This document shows, piece after piece, positions 9,135 through 19,221 of a stretch of 64,000 nucleotides of DNA. The notes under the pieces were generated by a model that saw only the letters and a list, made by a program, of their open reading frames with translations, searched no databases and was not told the origin of the DNA. How positions within the stretch are numbered: position 1 is the stretch's first letter; the number at the start of each line of letters is the position of its first letter. The translations under genes and the position numbers were made by a program. The stretch is from assembly GCA_965219685.1 (NCBI GenBank), contig CBDCOH010000002.1:2720001-2784000 (forward strand), in the 5' to 3' direction. Source of the DNA: Candidatus Spongiisociaceae bacterium. GTDB taxonomy: Bacteria > Actinomycetota > Acidimicrobiia > Spongiisociales > Spongiisociaceae.

Positions 9135-11540
9135 TCAGGGCTTGGCGAGGCGGTACCCGACGCCGGACTGGGTGAAGATGTAGGAAGGGTTCCTGGCGTC
9201 GTCTCCCAACTTGTGGCGCAAGTTCTTGATGAACGAGCGGAGTAGGCGGTGGTCGGCCGGATGGTCCTCGCTCCAAACTCTGGTCAGCAGCTCGTCGTGG
9301 GTGAGCACCCGGCCGGGATGTCGGGAGAGTTCAAGGAGCAGCTTGTACTCGGTCGGGGTGAGTGGCACGGGTTTGCCTCCCAAGGTCACCGCGCGCTCCA
9401 GGTGGTCGACAGCTAAGTCGCCACACATGTAAGGCTCGATCCCGCCATGCGGATGCGCCACCGCCTGCCGCAGTGCGGCTCCGACCCTGGCGACGAGCTC
9501 CACCGGAGAGAATGGCTTGACCACAAAGTCCGCGGCGCCCAACTCGAATGCCCTGGCGATGGCCTGGCCCCGGCCCCGCCCGGACAGAACGATGACCGGC
9601 GTGTCGGAGTCGGAACGGATGCGTTTCAACAACTCGAACCCGTCGACTCCGGGAAGGACGAGATTCACCAGTACGAGTTGTGGGCTCTCCGACTCGAGCA
9701 GCTTGCTCACATCGTCCACCTCACCGGTGACCACCGGTGTGTATCCCGCCTTGGAGAGGGTGTTTCGGACGTAGCGCAGTATCTGGGGATCATCGTCTAC
9801 CACCAGGATGCGGTCGCGCGTCCGGGACTCGACCCCGGGATCCGTGGAACCCTCGGTGGTGTCGATCCGCCGGTCGGGTACGGTTCCATTGACAGTCGGG
9901 ATGGTGAAGATGAACCGTGTCCCTTTTCCCTCCCCGTCGCTCTCCGCCCAGATGCGGCCTCCGTGGGCTTCCACGATGCCCCGGCAGATGGCAAGGCCGA
10001 GACCGTGACCTCCGACACGGTGGTCTGCCTCGGCGTCGATCCGCGAGAACTTGGTGAACAGGTGCGGGAGGTGCTCGCCCGCTATGCCCCGACCGGCATC
10101 GTCAACCGAGATCACTACATGCGTGTCCTCCAACCAGCCGGTCACCCGGATCGGAGACCACTCTCGGGAGTACTTGGAAGCGTTGGAGAACAGGTTGTGA
10201 AGCACTTGGACTATCCGCTGGCCGTCCGCGGCCACCCGCGGCAGGTTGGGCGCCACCTCGATGTCGAGGCTGTTGCGGTAGCCACCGCTGAGGAACGCGT
10301 TCCTAGCCTGGTCGATCAAGGCCGCGATATCGGTCGGCTCGGCAACGACCGAAAGGGTCCCGGCCTCGATTCGGGTCAGGTCCAGCAGGTTGTTTATCAG
10401 GTCCCGCATCTGGTCGGCCTGCTCCTCGATGATGCGGAAGAACTGGCGTGTCTCCGCCGGGTCAAGCGGTGATGTGGTGCCCAGCACGGTGGCGGCGGAA
10501 CCCTTGATCGAGGTCAAAGGCGTTCTCAGTTCGTGGCTGACCATTCCCAGGAAATCGGTGCGCAGCCGCTCCAACTCCTCCAGCGGGGTGATGTCCTGGA
10601 TCGTAGCTACGACCGCGACGAGTTGGCCGTCCTCGGCATGGATCGGTGTGGTGTTGATGAGGGTGGTCACCCGCTCACCGGAGGGAAGGCCGATCACCAG
10701 TTCCTCGGCCCGTACGGTCTCACCGGTGCGCACCGATCGTTCATGGGGGATGTCGTCGGGCGACACGACAGTTCCGTCCATGCGCCGGAACTCAAGGCTC
10801 TCAAGGACAAGCGTACTGTCCTGATCCTCACCGGATCGGAAACCCATGATACGGCGGGCCTCGTTGTTGACCTTGACCACTTTCCGGGTGAGGACATCTA
10901 AGACTAGAACTCCCACCGGCGATGTATTGACCAGGGCTTCGAGATCGGCTTTGGCCCGTTGCTCGTCGCCGTAACGGCGCGCGTTGGTTATCGCCAGCGC
11001 CGCCTGGTTGGCGAACATCTTGAGGGTCTCCTCATCCTCCAAGCTGAACTCGTCGACGGTTGCCCCCGTGCTGATGTAGATGTCGCCGACGTGCCTGTCT
11101 CCAACCCGGATTGGCGTACCCATGCACGCCCCCACCTCAACGGGGAAGTCAGGGAAGCCGGCAGCATCCGCGTAGGCCACCAGATCACGGGTTCTCAACG
11201 GTTCCGGCAACTTGATGAGATACTCGAGGAAGGCCCAGCCCTTCGGGTATTGCGACACCCGCTCTCTTTCCTCGTCGCTCAGACCGGAGAACAGCAGGTC
11301 TTGAGGCTCGCCGGCCTCGCTGTGGGTGGAGAGCACGCTGTAGCGCGCTTCGGTCAGGGTCCGGGCACTGTCAACGACCTCCTGAAGGACGGTGTCGAGG
11401 TCGAGGTCCTCGCTGATCCGCAGGATTGCCTCGGTCAGGTTGGAGAGCCGAGCCCGCAGAGTCTCGATCTCGGCGCGCAGACGCTCGCCGTCGACCGTAC
11501 CCATCACGGCGTCACCGACAGGGTTGCCACGCGGATCCAC
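9135..11540 (-). CDS. cytoplasmic hybrid sensor kinase/response regulator: GAF-PAS-HisKA-HATPase-REC-OmpR/KdpE winged helix
   Basis: H-box SHELRTPL, N-box NASKYS, G-boxes DAGRGI and GLGLAI, receiver ILVVDDD...KPF, C-terminal LTPTEY...LRHKLGDD...GVGY; no transmembrane helix. Confidence 0.9.
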   Translation of the reverse strand: MDPRGNPVGDAVMGTVDGERLRAEIETLRARLSNLTEAILRISEDLDLDTVLQEVVDSARTLTEARYSVLSTHSEAGEPQDLLFSGLSDEERERVSQYPKGWAFLEYLIKLPEPLRTRDLVAYADAAGFPDFPVEVGACMGTPIRVGDRHVGDIYISTGATVDEFSLEDEETLKMFANQAALAITNARRYGDEQRAKADLEALVNTSPVGVLVLDVLTRKVVKVNNEARRIMGFRSGEDQDSTLVLESLEFRRMDGTVVSPDDIPHERSVRTGETVRAEELVIGLPSGERVTTLINTTPIHAEDGQLVAVVATIQDITPLEELERLRTDFLGMVSHELRTPLTSIKGSAATVLGTTSPLDPAETRQFFRIIEEQADQMRDLINNLLDLTRIEAGTLSVVAEPTDIAALIDQARNAFLSGGYRNSLDIEVAPNLPRVAADGQRIVQVLHNLFSNASKYSREWSPIRVTGWLEDTHVVISVDDAGRGIAGEHLPHLFTKFSRIDAEADHRVGGHGLGLAICRGIVEAHGGRIWAESDGEGKGTRFIFTIPTVNGTVPDRRIDTTEGSTDPGVESRTRDRILVVDDDPQILRYVRNTLSKAGYTPVVTGEVDDVSKLLESESPQLVLVNLVLPGVDGFELLKRIRSDSDTPVIVLSGRGRGQAIARAFELGAADFVVKPFSPVELVARVGAALRQAVAHPHGGIEPYMCGDLAVDHLERAVTLGGKPVPLTPTEYKLLLELSRHPGRVLTHDELLTRVWSEDHPADHRLLRSFIKNLRHKLGDDARNPSYIFTQSGVGYRLAKP

Positions 11541-12086
11541 CCGCTACCCGTGTCACGTGTCTCCGCCGTCTCTACCGCTACCACCCCTAGCCTCCACTAT
11601 ACGTTTATGCTCCGGTGTCCCTTTACGTGTCCAACTGTTCACGTATCACGCGTCGCCCACTCTCCGGCAAGCCGAAGGTGATGTGCTGATGAGGCCGGTA
11701 AGCCCATCAGAACACTCCGATCACCGATGGTGTGACACGACGGGCAGGGTCCAGTTGTCTCAAGCCCGCGCAGCAGAACCAGTACCGACCCGCCACTATT
11801 CATTGTACAGAGGGGACGTCGGCATTGATGCAGTATGAAGTGTCTCTATATTTGTGCTAGTAAAAGTGAATAGATCCTCATGTTATTTTGTTTGTTGAGC
11901 GCCCAAAGCCGGCTCAAGCGGGTTCGGTTGATTGGCATATGTGCCATTCCAGTCCCTCGTGGACTTCCACCTACAACGAAGGCCCACAGATGTGGGCAGT
12001 TGCCAACGTCGAATCAATACTGAGCACTGCTAGCTGGTCTCCGCGGGGGGATACCGACCTGCTGTAGCCCGTCGGTGTGGGCCTCG

Positions 12087-13853
12087 TCAGAACGCCCACA
12101 GGCGAGGAATGAAGATGACGGACAGGATGCAAAAGAGAATGTTGAGCGGCATCCCGGCGCGTAGAAAGTCCGTGTACCGGTATCCCCCGGGGTTGTAGAT
12201 CATGGTGTTGGTCTGGTAGCCGACCGGCGTGGAGAACCCGGTGGAAGCGGCGAAGGTAATGGCCATCAGCAAGGGCCGGGGATCCACTCCGATCTGCTCC
12301 GCGGTGGAGATGGCTATGGGAGCCAGCAGCACCGCCGCCGCCGCGTTGCTCATGGTCTCGGTCATGAGGGCGGCCAGCAGGTAGATGGCCGCCAGGACGG
12401 CTACGGGTCCCATAGCCCCCACCAATCCGACCGCGTATTCGGCCATGAAGCCCGCCGCTCCGCTGGTGTGCATGGCGATGCCCAGGGGGAGCACCCCCGC
12501 CAGAAGGAAGATGACCTGCCAGTTGATGGCCTGATAGACCTCCTCGGGGCGGAGAATGCGGGTCATCACCAGGGCGACGCAGCCGAGCAGGGCGGCGGCC
12601 AGGATCGGCAGCACGTCGAAAGCCGCTAGGCCCACGACCACCGCGAGTATCCCGATGGCCAACGGGGCCTTGCGCCGTAGGACGGAGCCGGGCACCTCGT
12701 TGAGGACAATGAAGTCGCTGCTGCGGCGCATGTCCCGTATCGCCGCCTCCTGCGCCTGTACCAGCAAGGAGTCGCCCACGTCGAGTTTGATCGATCTGAG
12801 CTTGTCGTTGATGGTCTCGCCCCTGCGCTGCATGGCCAGCACCAGCGCCCTGTATCGGCTCCGGAAATCCAGGTCCTTGAGGGTGCGCCCTATCAGCGCC
12901 GAATCAGGTGCTACCAGGACTTGGACGAGGCGCAGGTCCTCGGTCTGGAGGGTCTCGTCGCGCAACGTGAAGTCGGCGTCTATCCGCAGCCCCATCGTGC
13001 CGCGGAGGCGTATCAGGTCCGGCAGGGAACAATGCACGAGCAGCACGTCCTCGGGCTGGATGACCCGGCGAAGGGGAGCCCATCCTTCCTCGCCCGCATT
13101 GAGGACCCGCAAGACCGTTATATCGTGGTCCTCCCCGAGCTTGCTGTCGAGCACCGACTTGCCCACCAGCGGGGAGTTGTGCCGGACCCTCAGTTCCGTC
13201 ACGTACTCGCCCAGGTGATACGTGGCCGCCAGTTCCTGCGCCTGGCGGTCGGGCAACAGCCACCGCCCGAAAACCAGGAAGTAAGCGGCCCCCGCTACGA
13301 AGAGGATCAAACCCATCCGTGTGAACTCGAACATGCTGAACGATCCGTACCCGGCCTGCTCGGAGATCGAACTGACCAGGAGATTCGTGGAAGTGCCGAT
13401 CAGGGTGCACACCCCGCCGAACTGGGAGGCGTAGGAGAGGGGTATCAGGAGCCTGGAGGCTGACATCTGCCGACGGTTGGCGAGGAGGGTCACCAGGGGA
13501 ATGAACACCGCAACCGCAGCCGTGTTGTTCACGAAGGCGGACATGATGGTGATCGTCACCATGATGACCACCAGAGCCGTGTAATGGTTCCGGCTGTATC
13601 GCACCATGAGCCGTCCCACCGCAGCGGTGGCACCGGTTTTCTGCAGTCCGGCACCTAGGACGAACATGCAGGCCACGGTCAGGGTCGCCGGGTTGCTGAA
13701 GCCGGAGAATCCCTCATGGAGCGTGACCAAACCGAGAACCAGCAGGAGTCCCAGCCCCAGCATGGCCACAATATCCAGGGGGTACTTCTCGGAGACGAAC
13801 AGCGCCACGATCCCGACGAGAATGACGACGACCAGGATGCCCTCGAAGGTCAC
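12087..13853 (-). CDS. SLC13/DASS family di-/tricarboxylate or sulfate permease with two TrkA-C domains
   Basis: GFSNPA, SAFVNNTA, TLIGTSTN and TPVGYQTN motifs; hydrophobic halves flank TrkA-C repeats. Confidence 0.92.
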   Translation of the reverse strand: MTFEGILVVVILVGIVALFVSEKYPLDIVAMLGLGLLLVLGLVTLHEGFSGFSNPATLTVACMFVLGAGLQKTGATAAVGRLMVRYSRNHYTALVVIMVTITIMSAFVNNTAAVAVFIPLVTLLANRRQMSASRLLIPLSYASQFGGVCTLIGTSTNLLVSSISEQAGYGSFSMFEFTRMGLILFVAGAAYFLVFGRWLLPDRQAQELAATYHLGEYVTELRVRHNSPLVGKSVLDSKLGEDHDITVLRVLNAGEEGWAPLRRVIQPEDVLLVHCSLPDLIRLRGTMGLRIDADFTLRDETLQTEDLRLVQVLVAPDSALIGRTLKDLDFRSRYRALVLAMQRRGETINDKLRSIKLDVGDSLLVQAQEAAIRDMRRSSDFIVLNEVPGSVLRRKAPLAIGILAVVVGLAAFDVLPILAAALLGCVALVMTRILRPEEVYQAINWQVIFLLAGVLPLGIAMHTSGAAGFMAEYAVGLVGAMGPVAVLAAIYLLAALMTETMSNAAAAVLLAPIAISTAEQIGVDPRPLLMAITFAASTGFSTPVGYQTNTMIYNPGGYRYTDFLRAGMPLNILFCILSVIFIPRLWAF

Positions 13854-14141
13854 GTCAGCCTATCGCTTGAGAACGAGAGGATCGGCACGGCTTTCATCCG
13901 GAACCGAGACTACCTGCTACTCAGTCGTCCGTATCCACTGGAGTTCCCTTTGAGTTCGCCCGGTGACCGGACACTTCCAAAGCGAGAGCGCGTTGTCGCC
14001 GACAGGGGCGAGGTGCAGAGTGCCGCGTCGTGCAGCCACCGCACCAGCCGGTGCACCTCAACGACGATGCTCAGCTCTGCCGAGCCTTTGGCATCCGTCG
14101 GTGGCACGGACCGGTTCTACCGTCACCGACCGGCCCGGCGC

Positions 14142-14561
14142 TCAGCTATCGACCACTATCGGCACCGCTTGAATCCGATTCGAGTACACAGCAACGAGAA
14201 GCGGGCCTGGGCGCGAACACTCCTCGACAATCCGGGGGAGGTTCCGCAGAAAGCGATCGGCCATCTCGCTGGCATCAAGGTTCTGCTTCGTGAGGTAGAA
14301 GCAGCGCACCTTGAACTTGACGATAGCCATCCGCTGACTCCGGAGCCGGCCGATCCGCTTGTCCTTGGTAAACGCTATCCAACCCCTTGAGCCCACGAGT
14401 TCGAGCCACTCGGCATCGGGGACATCCTGATCTCTCGGTCGGCCGTAGTGTTCCGTCAGGGTGATCAAGGTCAAGCCGGAGTCCCGAAGGATTCGCGGGA
14501 CCTGTACAGGCCCCAGACTTCGATCGAGAAAGAGCTCAGGCAGCCCTTCGGGATGCGACAC
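14142..14561 (-). CDS. PIN-like toxin, VapC45 family
   Basis: LFLDRSLG...DQDVPDAEW...FTKDKRI; overlaps the upstream DUF433 gene. Confidence 0.85.
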   Translation of the reverse strand: MSHPEGLPELFLDRSLGPVQVPRILRDSGLTLITLTEHYGRPRDQDVPDAEWLELVGSRGWIAFTKDKRIGRLRSQRMAIVKFKVRCFYLTKQNLDASEMADRFLRNLPRIVEECSRPGPLLVAVYSNRIQAVPIVVDS

Positions 14562-15255
14562 GGATGGCGTCCTCTATATGGTCCACAGGTACTCCGAACT
14601 CGTCCGTGAGTTCGGAGATCGACTCGCCGGCCAAGAATCGATGAACGATGTCCTCCACGCGGTACCCACCGGTGACGAATATCGGCGCGCCGGACGACCG
14701 GGTCGGATCAACGACAACCTCGGCATAGCGATAAGCGGGAACTCGGAAGACTTCGACGTAGCCGTCCTCGGAGTACCGGAAGCCCTGTAGGTACTCCTCA
14801 ATCACCTCTGCGAACACGCGCTGATCGTTACGGATGACGACCAATCGGCGCGCGGCTCGGCCAGCCTCTTCATCAGGATGACGCTCCGAGAAGTCGTATA
14901 GCAGCTCGGCGCCGTCCGTAAACAGCTTCTTGTGGGCCAAGGCATGGCGCAGGCCAAGTCCCTCCTGGAGCTTCTCCAAGGCGGGCCTGACCCGTTGCAT
15001 GGGAACCCCGCTCCTTCGGATGGCGGCCAGCGCCGTCGCTTCGGCGAGCCCGACGAAGGGGATGTAGGGGTGTCTCGACCGGTACGTCGGCGCGTGGGTG
15101 ATGAGGGGCTCGCCCCGGACCTCAGGGCGGCCGGGCGGTCGCCTCACGTAGCCCCGCGCCCATGTGGTAAGCGTGGTGGGAGGCACTTTGACGATGTCAG
15201 CCGCCTCTGTGATGGTGTACAGCGGGTCAACAAACCTGGCTTGGTCGAAGGTCAT
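14536..15255 (-). CDS. DUF433/HTH antitoxin, VapB45 family
   Basis: N-terminal MerR-like HTH (LYTITEAADIV); C-terminal DUF433 (VVVDP..SGAPIF...AGESISEL). Confidence 0.88.
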   Translation of the reverse strand: MTFDQARFVDPLYTITEAADIVKVPPTTLTTWARGYVRRPPGRPEVRGEPLITHAPTYRSRHPYIPFVGLAEATALAAIRRSGVPMQRVRPALEKLQEGLGLRHALAHKKLFTDGAELLYDFSERHPDEEAGRAARRLVVIRNDQRVFAEVIEEYLQGFRYSEDGYVEVFRVPAYRYAEVVVDPTRSSGAPIFVTGGYRVEDIVHRFLAGESISELTDEFGVPVDHIEDAIRVASRRAA

Positions 15256-15339
15256 GGTCGGTTCCTCCTGCCCTACGCCTCATTCAAGCATCGGGAGCGT
15301 ACCTATCACGACAATCGTGGCCCGGGGGTGGGGGTATTC

Positions 15340-15585
15340 GATGCCAGCGGCGACCGTCCGTCGAATAGCTGTCGCGAACGTTCCCTGCAAGTGCGGGCGA
15401 CAGCCGAGATCGACCATACCGGTCTCCTCGGCGCGTGTACTTCCACGTACTCCTCCTGTGCCAACATGGCCGGTGGGGCTCCCTCTCCTCGCTGCCGGAT
15501 CTCACGCCCCACCAGCTCGGAGAAGACCACACTCAACGTTTGGGAATCGGGGTCACAGGGTGGGGACTCTCGGTGATCGCCAACA
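15340..15585 (-). mobile_element. IS21-family remnant: left end plus decayed IstA N-terminus
   Basis: TGTTGGCGATCACCGAGAGTCCCC terminus at 15585; MLAQEEYVEVHA..R..WSISAVAR from 15467 resembles the actinobacterial IstA start, then degenerates. Confidence 0.7.
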
Positions 15586-15876
15586 CGACTGTCTGCTCCC
15601 TAGGACCTCGCAGCCGGAGATGCATCAGGCCGAGCCCGCCGTATTGTCAGAAGCGGAGACATCCTGATGAGCACAGTCTGCCCGTACGTTAAGGGTCGCG
15701 CGTGCATAGTGAACCACCGCCGATCCACCGTTCGCTCGGTTTCCAAACGCGATGGGCCCTCCCTTCGCGAGGCACCTCGGAGCCGAGTGCTTGGAACCAC
15801 CGACTACCGCCTCCTCGACAGTCGACTCCGAACCTCCAGCTCAAGCGGAGCGTTTCTTGCGGGGACGGAAAGCTGG

Positions 15877-16884
15877 TCATGCGGTCGGTTCTGCCAGCAG
15901 GTTGACGACGAGGCGGATCATCAGGTCCTTGCTGCGTGGAGGGCTCTCGGCGATGAGCAGGGTCAGAGCGGTTAGGGCCTGGGGATTGAGTTGGTGCTCC
16001 ACGCCCTCCTGTTCGAGATAGACCAGGAACAGCAGCGAGCCGATGCGCTTGTTGCCGTCAGTGAAGGGATGGTCCTTCACCAGGAAGTAGAGAAGGTTCG
16101 CCGCTTTCTCCTCCCTGGAGCGGTAGAGCGGCTCCCCGAACATGGTCTGCTCGACGTTGCCGAGGATGGCATCGAGCATGTCACCGCGGAGGCTGCCGAA
16201 GAGGTGGGTGGCCTCCCCGCGCACCATCAACTCCCGCTTGAACTCGGCGATCGTCTCAACCGCGCGGTCGTATTCCAATGCGGTATTGGCAGGTTTCGCG
16301 CCTGCCAGCGTCCCGAGCCGATCCTCGTCGTACTCCAAGAGCAGGCGCCATGTGGCGGCATAACCGGAGATGAGATCCAGGACAGCGCTCCCGGTGTCAT
16401 CGACCAGAGCCTGGTTCCGCAACGTCCGGGCCAGGAGATCCAGCGTTTCCCGCGCCTCGCTCAGCCCACGCTCGGCCAGCCGCCGCTCGTTCAGCGTGTA
16501 GCCTCGAACGAGGTGTTCGCGCAAGGTATGCGTGGCCCACTGACGAAATCGCACAGCCTGGCGCGAGTTGACCCGGTAGCCCACGGAGATGATGGCGTCG
16601 AGGTCGTAGTGCCTGATGCGGCGCCTTACCTGTCTCCCGCCCTCAGATCGAACTAGTAAGAAATCCTTGGTAGTTGCTTCCTCGTCCAGTTCGTCGTCGG
16701 CGAACACGTTCTGAAGATGCATCAGCACGTTCTGGGGAGTGGTGTCGAACAAGTCCGCCATCTGGCGCCGGGTCAGCCACACCGTCTCCCGGTCGAGGCG
16801 GACATCCACTTGCACAGCACCGTCCGCGGCCCCATAGACCACGATCTCCCCACCCGGGGACCGTTCCGCTGTTGCTCGGCTCAT
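15877..16884 (-). CDS. RhuM/Fic(DOC) family protein
   Basis: N-terminal RhuM (ETVWLT..QMADLF, YDLDAIISVGYRVNS, FRQWAT); C-terminal Fic motif HPFTDGNKR. Confidence 0.93.
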   Translation of the reverse strand: MSRATAERSPGGEIVVYGAADGAVQVDVRLDRETVWLTRRQMADLFDTTPQNVLMHLQNVFADDELDEEATTKDFLLVRSEGGRQVRRRIRHYDLDAIISVGYRVNSRQAVRFRQWATHTLREHLVRGYTLNERRLAERGLSEARETLDLLARTLRNQALVDDTGSAVLDLISGYAATWRLLLEYDEDRLGTLAGAKPANTALEYDRAVETIAEFKRELMVRGEATHLFGSLRGDMLDAILGNVEQTMFGEPLYRSREEKAANLLYFLVKDHPFTDGNKRIGSLLFLVYLEQEGVEHQLNPQALTALTLLIAESPPRSKDLMIRLVVNLLAEPTA

Positions 16885-17029
16885 GGTTCACATCGTACCG
16901 CCAGGCTGTGACACGCCGACGCGACCGCTAGGCGGATATGCGCTCAAAGGGCCGAGACACGAACGCCGCGGCACCCGACCGGGACAGTCCCGTAGAGGGT
17001 TGTTGATTTGGCTAACTTTCGTGATGCGG

Positions 17030-17210
17030 CCCTGCTACATCAGACTGAAGGTGTGCATATCTTTGCACCGGTTGCCTTCGGGGTTAGCTCGCTTCCCGAA
17101 ATGCGTTCCGGGATGTGCCGGGTCGCGACCGAACGATCACACCCGAGCTGGTCGGCCATCTGCCGCTGGGTCAGCCAGACCGTGTCCTGAACGACGCGCA
17201 CGTCGAGGCT
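17030..17210 (-). pseudogene. RhuM-family N-terminal fragment
   Basis: Minus strand reads DVRVVQDTVWLTQRQMADQLGCDRSVATRHI, then frameshift/stop. Confidence 0.7.
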
Positions 17211-17324
17211 TCCGGGCAGTTCAAACCCGCCCTACCAGCCCACCTCAGAGAGGAGTCATGCCATCGGCTTTTTCCGCTTCGGCCCACTGCTCTCGTGCAT
17301 TGCGCGCTGTTTCGACAGTGTCTA

Positions 17325-17620
17325 CCGATCCGAGGCTCTGGTCGAGAAAGAGCCTAGGCAGCCCTTCCGGATGCGACATGGATCGCGTCCTCCACATGAG
17401 CTGCCGGCACACGGAACTCCACCGTCAGTTGCTGCACCGTCTCGCCGGCGCGGTATCGATACAAGACATCCTTTACGCGGCACCCTCCCCTTGCGAAAAT
17501 CGGAGCGCCAGCCGACCGGTACGGATCAACGACAACCTCAGCCCGCTCATATCCGGGTACTCGGATGAGCTTCACATAGCCGTCTCCGGCATACTCGAAT
17601 CTCTGTAGGTAGTCGACGAT
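17325..17620 (-). pseudogene. truncated second VapBC45 copy (antitoxin C-terminus plus toxin N-terminus)
   Basis: IVDYLQRFEY...IHVASGRAA* parallels 14536-14800; MSHPEGLPRLFLDQSLG at 17379 parallels the 14561 toxin start, then similarity ends. Confidence 0.85.
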
Positions 17621-17717
17621 GGGGAGAGATCGCGCGACGGCAATCTTCGGACGGAGGCTGGCCAACTCTACGGTGGACTTCCGCTTGCCACGGGATCGAG
17701 CCGTCGGATGCCGGGGG

Positions 17718-19217
17718 TCAGATGCCGGCGGTTACGACCTTGGCGGCTTCGGCGAAGATGCCGGCGAGTTGGAAGGGGAGCACACCGGCCACGATCACAA
17801 ACAGGGCGGATATGCCCAGGGCCAGGGCGAGGGAACCGCTGAGAGGCCGGGTCCCCAGGGCGGGGTCGGGGGCGTCCTCGGGGAGGGGGTCCATCCACAT
17901 GGTCTTGGCGACCCGGGCGTAATAGACGAGGGCGATAACCGCGTTGACCGCGGCTATCACCGCCAGCGCGGTCGCCCATGCGTTGGCGGGGCGGAGGATG
18001 GCCAGGAACATGGCGAACTTGGCGTACCAGCCGGCCAGTGGTGGGATCCCGGCCAGCGAGAAGAAGAAGATGGCGCCGAGGGTGGCGACGCGGGGCGAGT
18101 AACGCCACATCCCGGCCCAGCCGTCGATCATCGCGGTGCCGGTACGGCGGGCTGCGGCTATCACCACTCCGAAAGCGCCCAGGTTCATGAAGGCGTAGAT
18201 GATCACGTACACGATGGTGGCCGACGCGGCCTCCTGGATCACACCGGCGTCGCTGGTGACAGACGCGGCGGCGAACGGCACCAGGATGAAACCACCCTGC
18301 GCTATCGACGAGTAGGCCAGCATCCGCACGATGTTGTCCTGGCGGAGCGCGGTCAGGTTGCCCAGCGTCATCGACAGCGCAGCCAGAACCCACAGCGCCG
18401 GTCCCCAGATCTCGGTCACCGACGGGAACGCCTTGTAGCAGAGGAGCAACAGACCCACGAAACCGGCGGCCTTCGAACCGACCGACAGGTAGGCGGTCAC
18501 CGGTGTGGGGGAACCCTCGTAGGTGTCCGGCGCCCAGAAGTGGAACGGGACCGCGGTGATCTTGAAACCGAACCCCACCAGGGTGAACAGTACGGCCAGC
18601 CGGAAGGCGCCGCTGTCCAGGAGGTCCGCCCCGGCGGTGCGGATGCCCTCGAACGTCACCGACCCGGTCAAGCCGTAGAGGAAAGACATGCCGTATAGGA
18701 GGATGGCGGTGGAGAGCACCCCGAGGATGAAGAACTTCAGTGAAGCCTCGTTGGACTTCTCATCTCCCTTGCGCCAGCCCGCCAACAGGAACAGCGGGCC
18801 CGTGACCAACTCGAGACCCACGAACACCGTGATCAGATCGCGGGAGGAGGCCATGATCAGCGAACCGAGAATCGAGGTGAGCAGCAGCAGGTAGTACTCG
18901 CCCTGGTAATACCGGTCGCTCTCGATGTAGGAGACGGACATCAGCAGCACCAGGTACCCGCCCACGATGAACACCGCCTTGAGCACCAGGGCGAAGTCGT
19001 CCACCACGTAGGCGCCACCCAGCATCGACCTGGCATCCGGGCCCCCGCCGAACGCCAGGGTGACCAGCGGGACGGCCGCCAGGGCCAGGCCCACCACCCC
19101 GGCGAAGGCGGTCCAGTACTTGCGGGGTCTGGGCAGGGCCACGTCCAGACCTAGCACCACGAGGATGGTGGCGGCTACGACGATCTCGGGCGCCAGGGCG
19201 TGGTAGTCGAGGTCCAC
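17718..19217 (-). CDS. nuoN: NADH-quinone oxidoreductase subunit N
   Basis: EASLKFFILG, FKITAVPFHFWAPDTYEG, SLAGIPPLAG. Confidence 0.95.
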   Translation of the reverse strand: MDLDYHALAPEIVVAATILVVLGLDVALPRPRKYWTAFAGVVGLALAAVPLVTLAFGGGPDARSMLGGAYVVDDFALVLKAVFIVGGYLVLLMSVSYIESDRYYQGEYYLLLLTSILGSLIMASSRDLITVFVGLELVTGPLFLLAGWRKGDEKSNEASLKFFILGVLSTAILLYGMSFLYGLTGSVTFEGIRTAGADLLDSGAFRLAVLFTLVGFGFKITAVPFHFWAPDTYEGSPTPVTAYLSVGSKAAGFVGLLLLCYKAFPSVTEIWGPALWVLAALSMTLGNLTALRQDNIVRMLAYSSIAQGGFILVPFAAASVTSDAGVIQEAASATIVYVIIYAFMNLGAFGVVIAAARRTGTAMIDGWAGMWRYSPRVATLGAIFFFSLAGIPPLAGWYAKFAMFLAILRPANAWATALAVIAAVNAVIALVYYARVAKTMWMDPLPEDAPDPALGTRPLSGSLALALGISALFVIVAGVLPFQLAGIFAEAAKVVTAGI

Positions 19218-19221
19218 CCGG

